From Amoebidium appalachense (Eukaryota; Protista; Ichthyosporea), in the NCBI GenBank assembly GCA_963693365.1, contig CAVNZM010000003.1, positions 6,207,448 to 6,271,447 of the forward strand: a DNA stretch of 64,000 nucleotides, in the 5' to 3' direction. The position numbers and the translations under genes were made by a program. This document shows, piece by piece, positions 61,030 to 64,000 of this stretch. The notes below the pieces were generated by a model. It was not told the origin of the DNA, searched no databases, and saw only the letters and a list, made by a program, of their open reading frames with translations. The stretch's first letter is position 1. Each line of letters opens with the position of its first letter.

Positions 61030-61177
61030 CCAATCAAAGGAAAGTTGACAAATGTCAACATTCCTCCCATTGGTCTAGAGAGCACCAATGACGTCACGCC
61101 AGGAATCCTGAATCCACAGGATTCCTCCCATTGCCAATCAGAGGAGTGGAGACTCAGGTCTCCGGTCCTTTCATTGG
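61030..61177. repeat. Three palindrome modules downstream of the KilA-N gene
   Basis: ccaatcaaa-ggaaagttgaca.aa.tgtcaacattcc-tccc-attgg; accaatgacgtca; ccaatcaga-26 bp-tttc-attgg. Confidence 0.75.
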
Positions 61178-61292
61178 TGCAGAGAGCACCGAGAAAGGGA
61201 GGGAGGGAGAGAGAGAGAGAATCAAAGGCCCCGTTTAAGCATCAGTGTCTGCACTGATTTATTTTCCGTGCATATACTGTAGCAATCGCAGC

Positions 61293-62087
61293 ATGCCAAA
61301 ACCTGCCAAGAAACACCCTTCGGGTGCTACCAAGGACAGCCATTGCGATGCTGGCAAGAACACCCCGTCCGAGATCAAACACTTTCCCGAGTATACGGGC
61401 ACTGGTCCCTGGGTGGCAGATGACGGAAAAACACGTTTGCTGGATTTGGCCAAGGCACTCTCTCCGTGGGCCCACCCTGGCCACCATCTCTACTATCCCG
61501 GCCGCACGTTTGCGATGTACCACGGCCAAAAATACCCCGTGGGTCCACCTCCCGGGCCTGATGGCCAGCAGTGGTGCCAGGGCCAGGGGCGGGTGGCTGT
61601 AGAGGCGGAGGTGCTCGTGTTTTCTGCTGCAGAGCGAAGGTTTAGGACCGAAGTTGGAAGAGAAGGGCCGGCGTGTGAGTGTGACATCGACCGTCTGGTG
61701 AACAACGTGGGAATGAATGACCTACAAGACCTAGTGCTGCTGGGCGGAAGGAATCTGCGTGTACATGTGCACCTTGCCCCTTTCAGGCCAGCCGACAAGG
61801 CAACGGAAGACTGTGGTGTGTGTACTCGCGGTCTGGAGTCCCTCGTGAGACTGGGAAAAAGAAACAAACACGAGAATGTGGAATTGCTGGGGATTATAAG
61901 TCCTTGCATACCAGCGCACTCGCCAAAGGCCGTGGCGTTCATAAAACGGTTGCTGGAAAACTTCCCAGATGTGCTGTGGTACGTGCCGTGCAAGAGGAAC
62001 CCAGACACCGACTCGCGCACCTGGTGGCGGCCGGCAGCAGACATCCCAACAGCTGATGTACCAATGTGCAACTGCGGCAGCCACTAA
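61293..62087 (+). CDS. Cys-rich hypothetical protein, paralog of 1395-2264
   Basis: ATG 61293 MPKPAKK; GPACEC, LRVHVHLAP, DCGVCT, PCI, TWW. Confidence 0.7.
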   Translation: MPKPAKKHPSGATKDSHCDAGKNTPSEIKHFPEYTGTGPWVADDGKTRLLDLAKALSPWAHPGHHLYYPGRTFAMYHGQKYPVGPPPGPDGQQWCQGQGRVAVEAEVLVFSAAERRFRTEVGREGPACECDIDRLVNNVGMNDLQDLVLLGGRNLRVHVHLAPFRPADKATEDCGVCTRGLESLVRLGKRNKHENVELLGIISPCIPAHSPKAVAFIKRLLENFPDVLWYVPCKRNPDTDSRTWWRPAADIPTADVPMCNCGSH

Positions 62088-62118
62088 GTCTTATTGTCCA
62101 AAAAGCCTGCTTGATACC

Positions 62119-62223
<105 letters not shown>

Positions 62224-62611
62224 AGGGAAGGGGGGGGGGCTGTTCAAAGTTTATGCTACATTAAAACCACACAAATGTAAAATCGGTATGCCGTGTATTG
62301 AATTAAAAGCCCATACAGCAACATTTTAACACACCAACGGAAAACCAGTCACCGGGGAGTGACCAGTTTTGGATTGGCCGGTATTTTAATAAACCAATAA
62401 AAGCTCAAAATTTAAAGCAAATTTGGTGTAAATCAAAATCGCCAAAGTTCATCCAGAGTTGGGAGGAATGGTTGCATTTGCAACTTTTTCTTTTGTGACC
62501 TGACCCCATCTATACCCCCCCCCCCCCTCCCCCCCCCTCTCTCCCCTCACACCCAATTTTTTTTTCTGTGCATACAGTACACACCGGTGGTCCAGCCACA
62601 GCCACGGCACC

Positions 62612-63232
62612 ATGCGCTCGGCCCAGAAATACAACTCCTTTGCCACCTACACCTACCGGCTGCTCAAGCAGCGCCATCCCCTGGCCATGTCACGCGCTGC
62701 CCTGTCGTTTGTGGTGTCCCAACAGCTGGAGTACCAGCGCCGGCTGGTCAACTGCATGATGCACCTCTGCCTCAACGCGCACCGCAGCACCCTGCGGCCC
62801 CATCTGGTCGAGCTGGCCGTCAAGGTGCTGGATCCAGGCCCCCCTGGGGCCGAGTGTGTGGCCAGGATCCGGCAGGCGCTGGCCCGCGCACGTGCGTTCG
62901 TGGCCGTCCCCGGCCAGCCGCGCACCACACAGGCCCTCAAGTCCGGCCTCATCATGCCCCCCTCCCGCATGAAGACCTTTGTGTACCGGCGCATGCCGTT
63001 CATCCGAATCAGCGCGGGCGCGTGCATAGCCGCTGCCTGTGCCATCCAGGTGTTCACGGAGCGGCTGCTGGGGGTGGCCAGCGTGGCCTGTCTACGGGAA
63101 AACCGCCGCCGCATAACCCAGCGCCACATGGCCGAGGTCCGTGTCCTGGCGCCCCCCACCAAGCCTGTCGTCGACACCACCATGGCCGTCGCAGATGACC
63201 CCACCCAAAAAAATGCGCTGGTTGACAACTGA
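62612..63232 (+). CDS. Viral-type H2B-H2A doublet histone
   Basis: SFATYTYRLLKQRHP...RSTLRPHLVELAVKVLDPG (H2B-like) fused to SGLIMPPSRM...RISAGA...ENRRRITQRHM (H2A-like). Confidence 0.88.
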   Translation: MRSAQKYNSFATYTYRLLKQRHPLAMSRAALSFVVSQQLEYQRRLVNCMMHLCLNAHRSTLRPHLVELAVKVLDPGPPGAECVARIRQALARARAFVAVPGQPRTTQALKSGLIMPPSRMKTFVYRRMPFIRISAGACIAAACAIQVFTERLLGVASVACLRENRRRITQRHMAEVRVLAPPTKPVVDTTMAVADDPTQKNALVDN

Positions 63233-63244
63233 CCCCGTACACCC

Positions 63245-64000
63245 ATGTCTGCCGGCCCCCTTCTCCTTCTGGCAAGCGCGGGCATGCCTGCCGCCACCGG
63301 CGCCGGTTTCGCATACAGCGTATACAAAGACACCCAACACCAGCAAGCGCACACCCACACAGACCGCCAACTTGAACAGGAACACACAGCAGCCGCGTGC
63401 CCCGCCAGGTCTGCCGCGCACCCACCCCCCGCCCACCGACGGCGCCCCCCGGTCACACCCCTGCATGGACCCCGTGGATGCCTGCCTGGGGGCCGCCCGG
63501 CCAGGCCTTGCGCGCGCCGCCAACACCCGCACGGCAGACTGCACCGACCCCCCGCCCTACACAGGCAGGGACCGGCTGTTTGGTTTGGACTGTGACCCCG
63601 GGGCCACCCGTGACCGCCTGCGCAGCGACATGGCCGCCTGCCCGGAGCCACACACACCCATGGTGGACGCCAGGGGCCTGCACACCCAGCGGATCGCCCA
63701 GGGCACCGGCCAGGCAGTCCCGCTGGTGAAAGAACGCGTCGACGACCGCATAAGGCAGGTGCCGGAGCTCTCGAACGTCAACAGGGGCCGGATCCCGGTA
63801 CGGTTCACCATCGACAGGGAGGACCAGCTGGCCGTGCCCCCGAGGGCCTACGACACCAACATCGCGGGGACAGGCGCCCCCCGTGGCTCGGAGGTGGTTG
63901 TCTCTGTGCCCCAATACAAGGAGGCCGGCTCCCTGATGGGGCCCGGCCGGCCCCCACAGCCCCAACTCTCACACCACAACTTACAGCAAGGCAACACCGC
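63245..64000 (+). CDS. Hypothetical protein, partial; possible frameshift near 63430
   Basis: Hydrophobic N-terminus from ATG 63245; a frame from ATG 63465 stays open to the window end. Confidence 0.4.

Overview
Eukaryotic genomic DNA (GT-AG introns, microsatellites, retroelements) dominated by an apparently endogenised giant-virus (Nucleocytoviricota-like) gene set: VLTF2- and VLTF3-like late transcription factors, YqaJ recombinase, a T7-gp2.5-like SSB, DUF5832- and DUF5760-like genes, an H2B-H2A doublet histone, HNH genes, a KilA-N gene and four AntA/MSV199-like paralogs. A divergent T-box gene sits among them. The region has been invaded by a non-autonomous LTR element (31621-35250, TSD GGCGC), a LINE (~47450-53400) and a three-LTR TRIM nested in that LINE (49569-51480, TSD GTTCG). 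The most unusual signal is a dispersed module of CCAAT, 4 nt, then a 26-bp palindrome whose sequence changes between copies while arm complementarity and length are kept. Arrays of it sit in the intron at the variable loop of three AntA-like genes. A related palindrome encodes the variable loop of the KilA-N protein, and KilA-N fragments carrying alternative palindromes flank that gene. All family names come from motif recognition by eye; no searches were run.
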